Positions 37,033-47,135 of a stretch of 64,000 nucleotides of DNA are shown here, one piece after another. The translations under genes and the position numbers were made by a program. This stretch comes from an uncultured virus (IMG/VR IMGVR_UViG_3300046692_000581) (taxonomy: Duplodnaviria; Heunggongvirae; Uroviricota; Caudoviricetes), in the IMG/VR virus record IMGVR_UViG_3300046692_000581; one strand, 5' to 3'. The notes under the pieces were generated by a model. It saw nothing but the letters and a program-made list of their open reading frames with translations, was not told the origin of the DNA and searched no databases. Each line of letters starts with the position of its first letter. Positions within the stretch are counted from its first letter, which is position 1.

Positions 37033-37368
37033 TCAGTTATAGAAATACGTGGGATCGTCGTATTGCAAATCACTCTTAAAAAGAGAGTTTATTTCCAGTA
37101 CGGCGAGTTCCAGGGACTTAAGAACTTCCTTTTGGCGAAGTTCAGCACCCACAAAAACGCCCTGATTGAAGGCGCGTCCAGAAAGGGAAATCGACCTCAG
37201 CAAGGTCTCAAGAGTGGTTTCCATGGGAAACCATGCTTTGATAGAGTGATTCTTGCTGCAAATCAGTAGCAGCGAGTCATCTGAGGGTTGTAACGTCCAT
37301 GTGTTATCTGTTGCAGCTTCCAGCTCTACCCTTAACTGTTCAAAGTTTGAGGGATCTGGTTTTAGCAT
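37033..37368 (-). CDS. hypothetical protein
   Basis: 111-aa ORF. Confidence 0.6.
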   Translation of the reverse strand: MLKPDPSNFEQLRVELEAATDNTWTLQPSDDSLLLICSKNHSIKAWFPMETTLETLLRSISLSGRAFNQGVFVGAELRQKEVLKSLELAVLEINSLFKSDLQYDDPTYFYN

Positions 37369-37717
37369 TTACTCAGTCCTACTGAAGAGGCTGATTGGAT
37401 ACGCTTGCTGATTGCAGGCAATTTCTGTGCGTTAATACAAGGAATCATGATGAGATGCTCTTGCGGATTAAAACAGGTGGCGAATACTGGGCTAGCGGGC
37501 TCCTTATTTCAAGCAATCTATCGTAAATCGCGATGCTATTTTTCAGGTTTCGGTATACGCGATTAGGAAGTAGGCCTCGAAACTATTGAGTTAGACGCTT
37601 TACTGCCGTTTAGAGCGCGGAGTTGGCAACAAGTGACTGTTAGGTCTGCTTTTTGATAAATTGGATGATTATGTAAATGTGAAAATTTCGTTTTGTCTAT
37701 AAAATATAGACGACTGG

Positions 37718-38182
37718 TTAGAATGATTGTGGGACGATGAGTCTGATGGGTTTACCTTCAGCCCAATCATTGGCCTGCTTGGTAAAACCAGACAGAGCAA
37801 CAATGAATACTTCCTGATGCTTGTGAGCATGCATTAGGCCAAACATCTCCCTGACAACGGTAACGCCTACCCTGCCTTTCCAGTGCTTGCATTGAACGAT
37901 GGCTTCTCTTCCGTTTTTGGAGATGAGTAAGTCCATTCCGTGGTCCGCCCCGCCCTGCCCCGTAATCTTTACCTTGTAGCCTTGAGCAATGAAGTATCCT
38001 GCGCAATAGCGCTCGAATTCTTGCCAGGACAACCTCTGGACGGCGGCATCGCCCTTGCGCTTGATTGCGTGAAACATCTTTGCTTTATTGTGTTTTGAGA
38101 ATCTATCGAAAAATAAATCAATGAAAAGCAGCAATGGCAGTGACGCCGCAAAAAATACGGACAAAAAGTAAGTCTGGGACAT
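37718..38182 (-). CDS. membrane-anchored Mrr-like restriction endonuclease domain protein
   Basis: SWQEFE, GADHGMDL, IVQCKHW, VVREMFG, SGFTKQA. Confidence 0.88.
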   Translation of the reverse strand: MSQTYFLSVFFAASLPLLLFIDLFFDRFSKHNKAKMFHAIKRKGDAAVQRLSWQEFERYCAGYFIAQGYKVKITGQGGADHGMDLLISKNGREAIVQCKHWKGRVGVTVVREMFGLMHAHKHQEVFIVALSGFTKQANDWAEGKPIRLIVPQSF

Positions 38183-38372
38183 TGTTGTGACTATTATTAG
38201 TGAGACAGCTCAATCATATAATATTCCAGTAACTTCAAACTAACAACGTTTGAATGTTGACTTGCGCTCATTTCACGAAATTAGAGTAGTCCTGCATGAT
38301 CTAGCGTGAATTGGATGGCAGCCTGACAGCTCATTGATGTCTCAGATCTCATTACCATGAAACCTGTATTTA

Positions 38373-39005
38373 TTATCCTGCATTACTTTCCCAAACAAGA
38401 TCCAGATCATTGAGCAGGATATGCAGGACCAAGATATTGTGTTGGCAGGTAAAGCCTTGATTCTTCTGAGTAATCAGGACATCAGGATCTGCCTTTATTG
38501 TTCCGTGAGCCATAAGTTCATTGAAGCTTTGCACATTGTCTCTGACTACTTCCATATAGTCTGTATCGCGAAGATAGGGGTAATCACTGTTCGGACCCAG
38601 CGCGTAAGATATTTGATGGTCCATATTGGCGTCAACGATAGCTACGGGTTTATCGTCATTTCCCCAGGCATTTCGCTGCTTCGCGAGGGGGACGGCATTG
38701 AACATGTTGATCATTAGCAATACATTTGCGAAATATTCGACGCCAATACCAAACAGATGCCCCTTCTCATCGAAATGATGCAAAGCCATTCGTTTTGCTT
38801 GTGTATCACCTAGTGGCAAATTAATCTGATACTTGCTCTTTATGGTGACGACCGACTGTGGTCGCAAGGTGCGAATGATCTTTGCGTGGTGGAGTGGGTT
38901 GAATACAAACTCTTGGAGCGCAACAGGTCCATCATGCAGCAGCCGAATCGCAAGGCTGCTTTTTTCGCCTTTGTCTCTTATTAAAACATTTGCTTGAGAT
39001 GACAT
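38373..39005 (-). CDS. hypothetical protein
   Basis: 210-aa ORF. Confidence 0.65.
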   Translation of the reverse strand: MSSQANVLIRDKGEKSSLAIRLLHDGPVALQEFVFNPLHHAKIIRTLRPQSVVTIKSKYQINLPLGDTQAKRMALHHFDEKGHLFGIGVEYFANVLLMINMFNAVPLAKQRNAWGNDDKPVAIVDANMDHQISYALGPNSDYPYLRDTDYMEVVRDNVQSFNELMAHGTIKADPDVLITQKNQGFTCQHNILVLHILLNDLDLVWESNAG

Positions 39006-39094
39006 GCGGTTACCTTAGTGTGATTATATGCAATGTTAGTAAATAACAAATTTAACTGCAAGGGCTTGAGAATGTGCATTCAAGGTCCGTGCGA

Positions 39095-39343
39095 CTATGC
39101 CCAGTGAAGATCACGGGGATCGACTTCCTCCAAATACCGGGGAACATTCTGTTGATCCAACTCTTCATGGATTTGCTCATCAGTCATTGGTTTACGAAAA
39201 ACCATGAATGACAACTTATTGGTTATCCGAAAGCTCTGACAAACAAAATGCCCGTTGGCTGCTTCTTTGTCTTCTCTACTTTGCTTATTTGCTCGGTACA
39301 ACAGGCGCTCATCAGTGGTTAAAATGGCATTCATGGTTGTCAT
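39095..39343 (-). CDS. hypothetical protein
   Basis: 82-aa ORF. Confidence 0.55.
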   Translation of the reverse strand: MTTMNAILTTDERLLYRANKQSREDKEAANGHFVCQSFRITNKLSFMVFRKPMTDEQIHEELDQQNVPRYLEEVDPRDLHWA

Positions 39344-39358
39344 TCCAGTTGTGTTTCA

Positions 39359-39688
39359 TTATGGAGCGAGCAAGTGCTCGCATGGCCCAGTGTTCGCGCC
39401 TTCGGGCAGTTGTCTGCTGAGCCCTTTGCCGATTCTTGCGACCAACTGCGTGTCCGAGGTGTCGTGATTGAATCTATTGCCCGCCAGCGACCTCAGAATT
39501 TCATTGATGGCATCTTCGAAGCCTGCATCTGTGGATTCAATCCTCTCGATAGTCTCGCCACGCGCTTGAGCGTGGCGCACGTCTTCATCGTTCCACCCTG
39601 GAGGATAGTCGCTGACGGCAGTGCCATCCGCTGCTGTTCAATGTTGTTTAAAGGCCCATGGCTTCACTGGCTTTTGATCAACATCCAT
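39359..39688 (-). pseudogene. hypothetical gene with in-frame TGA at codon 17
   Basis: MDVDQKPVKPWAFKQH*TAADGTAVSDYPPGWNDEDVRHAQ...; TGA at 39638-39640. Confidence 0.5.
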
Positions 39689-39733
39689 TGCCTTGTACCT
39701 CTTTTACCGTTTGGTGGGGCTGCTTGGCGACAC

Positions 39734-39958
39734 TCAAAACTCGTCGGGGAATGGTATGCGCGTGTTCAGGTCAGGCTGTTTGCCTTCAAAACCATCGACG
39801 TAGCTCTGAAAAAGAATGGTTTTGTATTGTGGATATTGTGCCTCCAGTGCTTGGTAGCGCGTGGAGTTAAATGGACGGCATCTGTAGCCTGCTTTTTTAT
39901 CCAGCTTTCCAGCCGATGACGCCTTTTGTGTGATTTCTTGTTTCAATTCTTCAGACAT
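39734..39958 (-). CDS. hypothetical protein
   Basis: 74 aa, GAGG SD. Confidence 0.6.
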   Translation of the reverse strand: MSEELKQEITQKASSAGKLDKKAGYRCRPFNSTRYQALEAQYPQYKTILFQSYVDGFEGKQPDLNTRIPFPDEF

Positions 39959-40077
39959 GAAAACCTCAATGATTTTTGTGACTTATTTTATTTCAGGCGT
40001 GAAAAATTGAGCCGTTCACATCCTCCTTTTTACAGGTTGGGCGAACGACTCAACAAAACAGAGTGTTAAACTGGAAG

Positions 40078-40977
40078 TTACGCCGCTTTGATCAGTGCAA
40101 AACCTTTGGATGCAAACACTTCCATATCGACGATTTCGGATTTTTCCCAGTCGATGCGCTGTTCTGGCTCGGAATCTGTCGCGCCCAGGTACTGAGTACG
40201 CAGTTCGACCTGATGGTTTTCGGCACCCAGGATGGTGACGATGCGCAGTCGGTCACTACGGAGGTCCTGCCAAAGTTGGTTTTTCTTCACGGTAGTGCCG
40301 CTGTGGGCCAGGACGCGTTCAACGATGTACACGTCATCACGAGATACAAACGTCTTCTCAAGCGCGCCTGAGGCCTTCAGGGAGGCTTCAGACTTGGCAA
40401 CAAAGCGGTAGCCACCGGATTTGCCGTTAAAGCGCGAGGACGAGGCCAGGGTTGGCTTGGCGCCGACAACTTCGACTGGCTTGGTGCCGGTAATGGCAGT
40501 GAAATAGCGAGTGACGATCTGTTTTTTGCCACTTTCTACATCAGCGATAATTTCAACGATGCGGGAATGTTTGCCGCACACTTCTTGCCAGAACTCGCCG
40601 ACGACAAGCTCACCGATTTCGATTTTTGGCTGCTTGGCGAGCATTTGGGTAAAGCCGACAACGTGCAGTTTCTTGCGACGGAATTCAAGAATCGAAGAGG
40701 CTGAATACGCATACCCATCAGTACTGCCGTCAAAGCGATCTTCGCGGGCCCAGGAGATTTGTCCATCGGTGACTTCGGTAGGCATGAACCCCGCGCTCAT
40801 AGAGGCGAAAACGGTTTGAATTTTCACCATACCTTCTTCGTTAGCTTCTTGCAGGACTTTCACGTAGCGGTTCTTGCTGGGAGCGTGTGCGTCTTTCCAG
40901 ACTTGCTTATTTTGAGGGCGCTGTTGAGTCACGGTGTATGTACCTTTTAATGAGGTTAATGCTTGATTTATGGGCAT
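40078..40977 (-). CDS. hypothetical protein with three tandem (Q/E)xWxD..R.V.I/V domains
   Basis: QVWKD..RYVKVL, EFWQE..RIVEII, QLWQD..RIVTIL. Confidence 0.75.
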   Translation of the reverse strand: MPINQALTSLKGTYTVTQQRPQNKQVWKDAHAPSKNRYVKVLQEANEEGMVKIQTVFASMSAGFMPTEVTDGQISWAREDRFDGSTDGYAYSASSILEFRRKKLHVVGFTQMLAKQPKIEIGELVVGEFWQEVCGKHSRIVEIIADVESGKKQIVTRYFTAITGTKPVEVVGAKPTLASSSRFNGKSGGYRFVAKSEASLKASGALEKTFVSRDDVYIVERVLAHSGTTVKKNQLWQDLRSDRLRIVTILGAENHQVELRTQYLGATDSEPEQRIDWEKSEIVDMEVFASKGFALIKAA

Positions 40978-41047
40978 ATTATATATCTCGCGATTTTGCT
41001 GTCAATATAAGAAACGTATTCTGGTAAAATTATTGATGGGCGGTATG

Positions 41048-41314
41048 TCAAGCTGATCCAGGTGAAGAATTGATGCTTTCTTGTCGTTTCTTGAAGGCTT
41101 CAAAATACTGTGCAGCTCTACCTGAATAGTCGACGTTTTGATCGCTCAAATCGCCTTCCCATGCCTCTACCAGCACAAGGTTGGTGGCGAGCAGCGCCAT
41201 CATCTGTGGAGTCATCTCGGTCAGCATTTTCTTCGTCTGAGCCGGGCTCTCGCTGACGTTGAAGTCTTCTGGCTTCCAAAAGAAACCGTCAGTCATTTCT
41301 GGGTCGCTGATCAT
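41048..41314 (-). CDS. hypothetical protein
   Basis: 88-aa ORF. Confidence 0.55.
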   Translation of the reverse strand: MISDPEMTDGFFWKPEDFNVSESPAQTKKMLTEMTPQMMALLATNLVLVEAWEGDLSDQNVDYSGRAAQYFEAFKKRQESINSSPGSA

Positions 41315-41447
41315 CAGGGTTTGTCACCAAGGCCAATTTATCGGCAAACGATATAGATAATATCGCCACATGTAAAGGTTATATTTCGCTTCCATCTTTC
41401 ATCTTACCTATATAATATGGCGCAAATTCAAAACAAGACTCGTTGGA

Positions 41448-42287
41448 GTGCTCATGCCGTTGATTCTCAACCCTTTAAATCTGGACATCCTTGATCGCGC
41501 TCAATCCCTTAAGCAGGGGCTGATTTGTCTTTCGGGACCTGCTGGCAGTGGAAAGGCAAAATCCCTTGAGGCCCTGATGGATGCATTGGAGGATTCAGGT
41601 AAGGCTCCGGAATTGATTTCGGTGATTGGTGAGATTCGCACTGAGCGCAACGTATGGGAAATGGACAGCGTTATTGAAACTGGGGTTGTACTGACGACTG
41701 TCATGGCCAATGACGCGCTTGAAAGCATTTTTCAGCTTTTTAAATGTAAGGCTGAACCAGAGACTTGGTCAAAGATCGAAGTCGGCAGTGTTTTCAGTTG
41801 CCAGACTCTGGTATGCAGTCTGCGTGACATGGCAACCGTAAGCTACGCGCAAGTGGCGGAAAATAACGGTGACAATCCAGAATTTGCTGATCTGATGGTT
41901 CGCATTGAAAAAGCAGCGGCGGGCCGCGATACCAGCAAAATCCGTTTTGCAGATGTGATTCAGATCGCTGACGAATCGAGTGCAATCATCCATGGCATCC
42001 TGATGGGAAGTCCGGGAGATGAGGAATCTAACAAGGCCTGGAACGAGTTCACGCGGCGAAATCCTGCCACTGCGCGCATGCTTCGTCCGCATCACTATGT
42101 CGCCTCTGAAGTAATTGTGGTTGATGACCGACTTCATGAACTTCTGATCGCAGGCCGTCTGATCGACATTCGAGATTACGTTCAATCGTTGAATTTGCCG
42201 ACGCAAAAAGATGTGGCCATTGACGAGATGCTCCTTGGCAATATTGACCCTACCGAACTGGAATTGATTTTTGGCCTGCTAAACTGA
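41448..42287 (+). CDS. degenerate GspE/PilB-like secretion ATPase
   Basis: GLICLSGPAGSGKA, VIGEIR, TGVVLTTVMANDA, SEVIVVD, GNIDP. Confidence 0.7.
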   Translation: MLMPLILNPLNLDILDRAQSLKQGLICLSGPAGSGKAKSLEALMDALEDSGKAPELISVIGEIRTERNVWEMDSVIETGVVLTTVMANDALESIFQLFKCKAEPETWSKIEVGSVFSCQTLVCSLRDMATVSYAQVAENNGDNPEFADLMVRIEKAAAGRDTSKIRFADVIQIADESSAIIHGILMGSPGDEESNKAWNEFTRRNPATARMLRPHHYVASEVIVVDDRLHELLIAGRLIDIRDYVQSLNLPTQKDVAIDEMLLGNIDPTELELIFGLLN

Positions 42288-42300
42288 AAAGGGATTGACT

Positions 42301-42621
42301 ATGACGAACAAAGCCTTAAGCGCCGAAGAGGTGCATGAGCACATGATGAATCTGGATGAGCACCTGCGATACCGTTGGTGCTCGGGAAGCTTCTGTGCGT
42401 GCATCGGTGCTGCCAACTGTTCAGGAAGAGTGGCATCAAAGGGTGTGACATATGAGGATTGGGAGCGCTGGAAGGTTGAGTACCCTGATCCAAACCCGCA
42501 GCCGAAAGTGCGAATTGATTTGAACTTCTTTGAACTAAAAAATTTGCCAGGATTCAAGCAATCGGCCATTGAAAGTGCCTCGGCGATAACGGTTGAAGGG
42601 CCTGCGGAAGTAAGGGATTGA
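42301..42621 (+). CDS. Cys-rich small protein
   Basis: WCSGSFCACIGAANCSG. Confidence 0.65.
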   Translation: MTNKALSAEEVHEHMMNLDEHLRYRWCSGSFCACIGAANCSGRVASKGVTYEDWERWKVEYPDPNPQPKVRIDLNFFELKNLPGFKQSAIESASAITVEGPAEVRD

Positions 42622-42749
42622 TTAACGGGGAGTTAACCTCCCCGTTTGCTATTTGATAATCCTGTAGAATGTTAAAAATTTGTCATAATCACACTCGTTG
42701 TTTTGAAATTGCCATTCTCTTGGGTATACTCATCAAAAAGAGAAATAAT

Positions 42750-43580
42750 ATGATTGAATGTATGCGCAAAGGCATTGAAGGCCTATCAAATTATGTTGAC
42801 AATAGAAATCGATTTCCTGTTGCTGAATCTTTCGAGTGGCTACTTCAGAATCATGGCGGAGTTCATCTAACTGCGCAAAGCTATTCGCCCTTCAAAAATA
42901 ACATATTGATTAATAAGCTTATACAATCATATGTCCCCAATGCATGCCTCTCTCTTATTGTGACTGAACTTGCAAAGGGCATGAATTATGAAGATCAAAT
43001 TGAGGCGCTGGGCGGAGAAGCTAAATTAATATCATTGTACGATGTATCTGAATACGAAGATATTATTCTGGATTTCATTGTCAACAACAAAACTGTCATC
43101 CTAACCTACACTGTTGAAAACGAAGTCATTAAAGACGTGGCAGCGTGCCGCGAACAATTTATGAAATTGTTCTGGAGGATCAGTTCGAGTCTCAGGGGGG
43201 ATGGCAATCAAATTACCAATCGTCACCCTAACGGGCGGCGAGCAATAATCGTGGATGGCACCTTCGATCTTTTTGAAGTGAACGTTGCATCAAACATGGC
43301 GCAATTGCGCGCTCTTGGCTTCCAGGTATATGCGGTAATACCAAGCCAAAGCAATGAGCGGAAAACGGCAATTGCAGAAGTAATGGTGGCGAATACGGCT
43401 GATTTTAGGGGTGAAGTGCCGATGGTAAATTCACTGAATATGTATGTGGGCCGTAGCGTGTTCAACCCGCTTAAGCCGGTCTTCAAGCGATTCACCAGCG
43501 ATCAATTACAACAAATGGACATGTGCAACAAATACATATTTTTCTGGAACAATATTGGGTATTTGGTAAAAATAACCTGA
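42750..43580 (+). CDS. hypothetical protein
   Basis: ~276-aa ORF. Confidence 0.65.
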   Translation: MIECMRKGIEGLSNYVDNRNRFPVAESFEWLLQNHGGVHLTAQSYSPFKNNILINKLIQSYVPNACLSLIVTELAKGMNYEDQIEALGGEAKLISLYDVSEYEDIILDFIVNNKTVILTYTVENEVIKDVAACREQFMKLFWRISSSLRGDGNQITNRHPNGRRAIIVDGTFDLFEVNVASNMAQLRALGFQVYAVIPSQSNERKTAIAEVMVANTADFRGEVPMVNSLNMYVGRSVFNPLKPVFKRFTSDQLQQMDMCNKYIFFWNNIGYLVKIT

Positions 43581-43594
43581 TTGATTCAATCAGG

Positions 43595-44053
43595 TTAAAT
43601 CGCGGTGACGCCCTGAGATGAAGAACACGCCAGCGCCGAGAGTGTTTCGCCCTCGGCCCGCATAATAATTTCACTTCTTCCTATAATTCTGCTCATTTCC
43701 ACTTTCTTCTCAGTAATTCTGATGATTTTTCCTTGGCTGGTTTTAAAGTCAATTGAGCATTTCTGATTTGGCATTATGGAGACGAATGACAGTGAGCCTT
43801 CTGAATCTTTCAATGAGGCCGTCAGTCCTTTTGAAGCCTTGGGGTCAAGAATTGTCTTACCTTCAAAGGTTTCGCTCAGAGAAGTTACTGTAAAATCACG
43901 CGAACCAATCACAGTCTCTCTGTAGCTAGTTGAACTGTAGTTCAACGCAACGGCAGTTGAAATGCACGCAAGCAGCCACGGAAAGGCTTTCATTGCATAC
44001 TTTTTGCGTCTGCCCACAACAGATGCTGTATTTAATTGTTTGATGTCGCTCAT
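43595..44053 (-). CDS. membrane-anchored hypothetical protein
   Basis: TM segment near N-terminus, GAGG SD. Confidence 0.6.
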   Translation of the reverse strand: MSDIKQLNTASVVGRRKKYAMKAFPWLLACISTAVALNYSSTSYRETVIGSRDFTVTSLSETFEGKTILDPKASKGLTASLKDSEGSLSFVSIMPNQKCSIDFKTSQGKIIRITEKKVEMSRIIGRSEIIMRAEGETLSALACSSSQGVTAI

Positions 44054-44096
44054 ACAAAAACCTCAATGTGTACCAGTCAGACAAATAATAATGTCT

Positions 44097-44225
44097 TTAG
44101 TTGTGCTTGCTAATATTTTTAGTGTTGTGCCACTTACGAAATGCCTTATGGAGATCAAATAGCATCTTGAATGCCAATAAGGTGGCTATGACAGCGGCAA
44201 TATAGAAATATGTTGTGTCAGACAT
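44097..44225 (-). CDS. small single-TM peptide (42 aa)
   Basis: MSDTTYFYIAAVIATLLAFKMLFDLHKAFRKWH... Confidence 0.45.
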   Translation of the reverse strand: MSDTTYFYIAAVIATLLAFKMLFDLHKAFRKWHNTKNISKHN

Positions 44226-44313
44226 CGCGTGACCTTCATGAAGTAAGTGGGGAGTTTAAATTGAGCCTACCTTGGAATCATGACAAATAAAGTAAGCCAA
44301 AATTCGAGTGTGT

Positions 44314-44517
44314 TTAAGCGAGAATAACTCTGCGGCCTTTGTAGCCTTTTAGCATTTGATCCAGGCGGTCTTTTGCATAGCAGTGTGCACACGCCCGGTC
44401 TTCCCGTGGGAGGCAGCGACCATGTGGTTGTTGCATATCCCGGTAGCATTCCATGGCTTCATGATAAAGTTCAGCGTGGATTGCTAGATTTGGATCTGGC
44501 TTTGTTTGGTGAGTCAT
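44314..44517 (-). CDS. hypothetical protein
   Basis: 67 aa, HxxC...CxHC. Confidence 0.6.
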   Translation of the reverse strand: MTHQTKPDPNLAIHAELYHEAMECYRDMQQPHGRCLPREDRACAHCYAKDRLDQMLKGYKGRRVILA

Positions 44518-44565
44518 TAAAATAATCCTCTTATTTCGGTGATCATTAGTAAATTGCCCGAATTA

Positions 44566-45336
44566 TTAGGTTTTTAGATTGCTGTACTGTCCAATTGGCG
44601 CGAGTACGATATCTGCGGGCGTCAATTCAATCGGATCTGGGTTCCATTTAGGATGCATTGCATCAATCGTGACGCTCCCATAATCAATAATAGCGTTCTC
44701 TGCGTTAATTCCGGCGATAGCCAACTCAATTGATTCTTGTCGCAACCGCTGTTTCGCCAGAATATTTCGGGCGTCGACCTCATCTTGGATCTTCTTATCC
44801 TGGAGATTGCGCGTCTCAGCATCTTGCTGTTGACGAATGTATTCTTCCCTTCGACGTCGTTGATCGTCCAGTTTTTTTGCCTGTTCTTCCGGATCAATCG
44901 CGGTGATGGATATAACCGGCGCTTGGATCGCCGATTCAAATTCCACATGCTCAAAGTCCTCACTTTTAACCAAAGTGGCATCAAGTTCGGCTTCTGGGGC
45001 ATCTTCGAAGACTGCTGCTGTGCTGGCACTGGCCGGAAGGGATTTGTCGTTAGCCATGACACTCAACTCCTCATTGGCGCGACTCACGGACTCGTTTTCG
45101 AATTGCCTTACGTCGCGACGCCATCTGCGCCACAATTGATGATCGACATGACGATGATCGCTGGGTGGTATCCGCTTGTTTCCAACCGAGCAAATTGACC
45201 ACTTAGGTTCAATCAAGATCTTTTTTTCTTGATCTTGCCCTGCACTGTTCAGAGATTTTTTGTGTGAGGCGGTATTCTGAGATGTGGTTTTTTGCTTGTT
45301 ACCAAATAGGGACATGAAACGCTTGAAAAACCGCAT
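44566..45336 (-). CDS. hypothetical coiled-coil protein
   Basis: 256-aa ORF. Confidence 0.6.
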   Translation of the reverse strand: MRFFKRFMSLFGNKQKTTSQNTASHKKSLNSAGQDQEKKILIEPKWSICSVGNKRIPPSDHRHVDHQLWRRWRRDVRQFENESVSRANEELSVMANDKSLPASASTAAVFEDAPEAELDATLVKSEDFEHVEFESAIQAPVISITAIDPEEQAKKLDDQRRRREEYIRQQQDAETRNLQDKKIQDEVDARNILAKQRLRQESIELAIAGINAENAIIDYGSVTIDAMHPKWNPDPIELTPADIVLAPIGQYSNLKT

Positions 45337-45439
45337 TCTTTATACCTTATAGCTGTTTTATTGGATTATGTCGCGCTCATTTTAGCAACCACATCCAGCT
45401 ATAATATCGAAATATGACCAAATATGTCAAGGTATACGG

Positions 45440-45745
45440 CTAGGCGGCTATCTTTATGCTTCTCAAATGAAGGGGGGTTTTTTGTGAGGCAGCCAAATGA
45501 ATTTTCTTTTTCGGCAAGGTGAATTTTCGTTCGTCCGGCACTCGCTCGATCAATCCCATTTTGGTCATCATCCATACGTCGCCGCCTGTTAGAGACAAGC
45601 GTACCCAGGTATCATTGCTTGTGCGAGCATGCCAAGCGGCGGAGCTTGCTTGTGCTTGTGAAAGCTGGTCGCAACCACTGCGTAGAGCAGAGAGGCAGCG
45701 AATTTGACGATGGTTAAGCTGTTTATTTTTCATGGCGCAATCCAA
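45440..45745 (-). CDS. hypothetical protein
   Basis: ~100 aa, promoter upstream. Confidence 0.5.
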   Translation of the reverse strand: MDCAMKNKQLNHRQIRCLSALRSGCDQLSQAQASSAAWHARTSNDTWVRLSLTGGDVWMMTKMGLIERVPDERKFTLPKKKIHLAASQKTPLHLRSIKIAA

Positions 45746-45912
45746 AATCGAAGGGCAATATTATAGGGTTATATTTTATTTTGTCAATAAACATGGTGGT
45801 GTCATTTTGTTGTCTTTACTGGAAGAATTGCTCTATTTCTGTCATGATTCATCACAAAATATGTGCTGATCATTTCAGCTCAAAATGTTCTGCCTCATTA
45901 AAAGGAATTGTA

Positions 45913-46419
45913 ATGTTGCTTGAATCTAAAATTGAGTCCAACACTAGACATCTTGAATCGATCATGGAGCAGGCAGACCTCTATGCTTTCCAGTTCAGCG
46001 ATCTGGGCTTGAACGGGCAATCAATAGATAAGTCCGTCAGCGAGACTCATAAAGTTAAGGCCTTTCAAGAGCTTCAGAAACGAATTGCCCAAGCGCCCTT
46101 CAATGAGAGGGAAAAAGGCTTTGTGCTACAAAAAGCGAATGATTATGCGCAGGCTAAGGCCAGCGTTGATTCGGAGAGCGACCCCGGATTTTGCTTTGAA
46201 GAGGCTCAGGACGCTCGATACGAGCTACGAAAACTGGTCATCACGAGCTTGCTTGCAAAAGGCCAAGGGAATGCTTTTGAGGGGGCTATGAAGGCCGCAG
46301 AGGCGTTTGCAGTCAAGTCGGCAAGCATTGACTCGGCCTCTGACCAAAGAAAGGCGCTTATCGAGGCACATGCAGCCAAAGATGCGTTGGCTGATTCGAT
46401 TATGCGCCTCATAAGTTGA
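45913..46419 (+). CDS. hypothetical protein
   Basis: AAGGA SD before ATG 45913; helical. Confidence 0.65.
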   Translation: MLLESKIESNTRHLESIMEQADLYAFQFSDLGLNGQSIDKSVSETHKVKAFQELQKRIAQAPFNEREKGFVLQKANDYAQAKASVDSESDPGFCFEEAQDARYELRKLVITSLLAKGQGNAFEGAMKAAEAFAVKSASIDSASDQRKALIEAHAAKDALADSIMRLIS

Positions 46420-46434
46420 ATGTTTAGCGCTGCA

Positions 46435-46791
46435 TCAATCCTTCAGATCCATGAAAGTCTCCACCGGGATTTTAAGGTGCTGATGCAGCTTCTGGATCAT
46501 GGCATCTGTCAGGGGGCTCTCGCCCGAGATAATCGACTCAACCTCTGAGGGCGATCCCAGATACTGCCCCATGTCTGAGGCAGACAGATTCAGGCGATCC
46601 ATCTGAAATTGGAGCATTTCATGGGGCTTAGGCTTTTCCATCGGAAACCGAACGGCTTCATACGCATGGACAATGTCGACCAGCGCGTTCAGCTCTTCCA
46701 GTTCCGGGCCGTCTTGAGCGCCGAAAATCTCTTCAACTCGCTTAAGTGCGATATTCAGTTCTTCATCGTTTGTAACGCTGGTAATGGTCAT
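46435..46791 (-). CDS. higA: HigA-type HTH antitoxin
   Basis: NDEELNIALKRVEEIF...ELNALVDIVHAYE...PKPHEMLQFQMD...LGS..V..I.SG..PLT..MI.KLH..LKIP. Confidence 0.82.
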   Translation of the reverse strand: MTITSVTNDEELNIALKRVEEIFGAQDGPELEELNALVDIVHAYEAVRFPMEKPKPHEMLQFQMDRLNLSASDMGQYLGSPSEVESIISGESPLTDAMIQKLHQHLKIPVETFMDLKD

Positions 46792-46814
46792 CGGTAATCC
46801 TAATGTAATTTACG

Positions 46815-47135
46815 TTATCGAAATTCGATCTCGCTGGCGTCAATCTTGGCAATGATTCCACCGTCAAGCATCCGAATCAATCGCCCATCATCAAACTCAA
46901 CAATGATCTGATCGTAAGAGAATGAGCTGTGTTTAGCCCCTTTTTCCGCAGTCGACTTTGTCCATTTGTTGGACTCCATGATCGAAGTCAAGCTCCGCCA
47001 GGAATCTTCTTTTTTGCCGCAGTAATCGCTCCAGTACATGACGGCATAAGCGGTTTTGACGCCTTTCCCCAGCAAGTCCTTCACGATGGCGGTAACAACG
47101 GGCGAACGCTTCGCCAAAAACAAGGAGTCATTCAT
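46815..47135 (-). CDS. hypothetical protein
   Basis: 106 aa, ATGA overlap with the HAD gene. Confidence 0.6.
   Translation of the reverse strand: MNDSLFLAKRSPVVTAIVKDLLGKGVKTAYAVMYWSDYCGKKEDSWRSLTSIMESNKWTKSTAEKGAKHSSFSYDQIIVEFDDGRLIRMLDGGIIAKIDASEIEFR

Noticed and set aside
37370..37715. 345-nt intergenic gap as an ncRNA
   Set aside because: No convincing promoter-terminator pair or dense pairing seen
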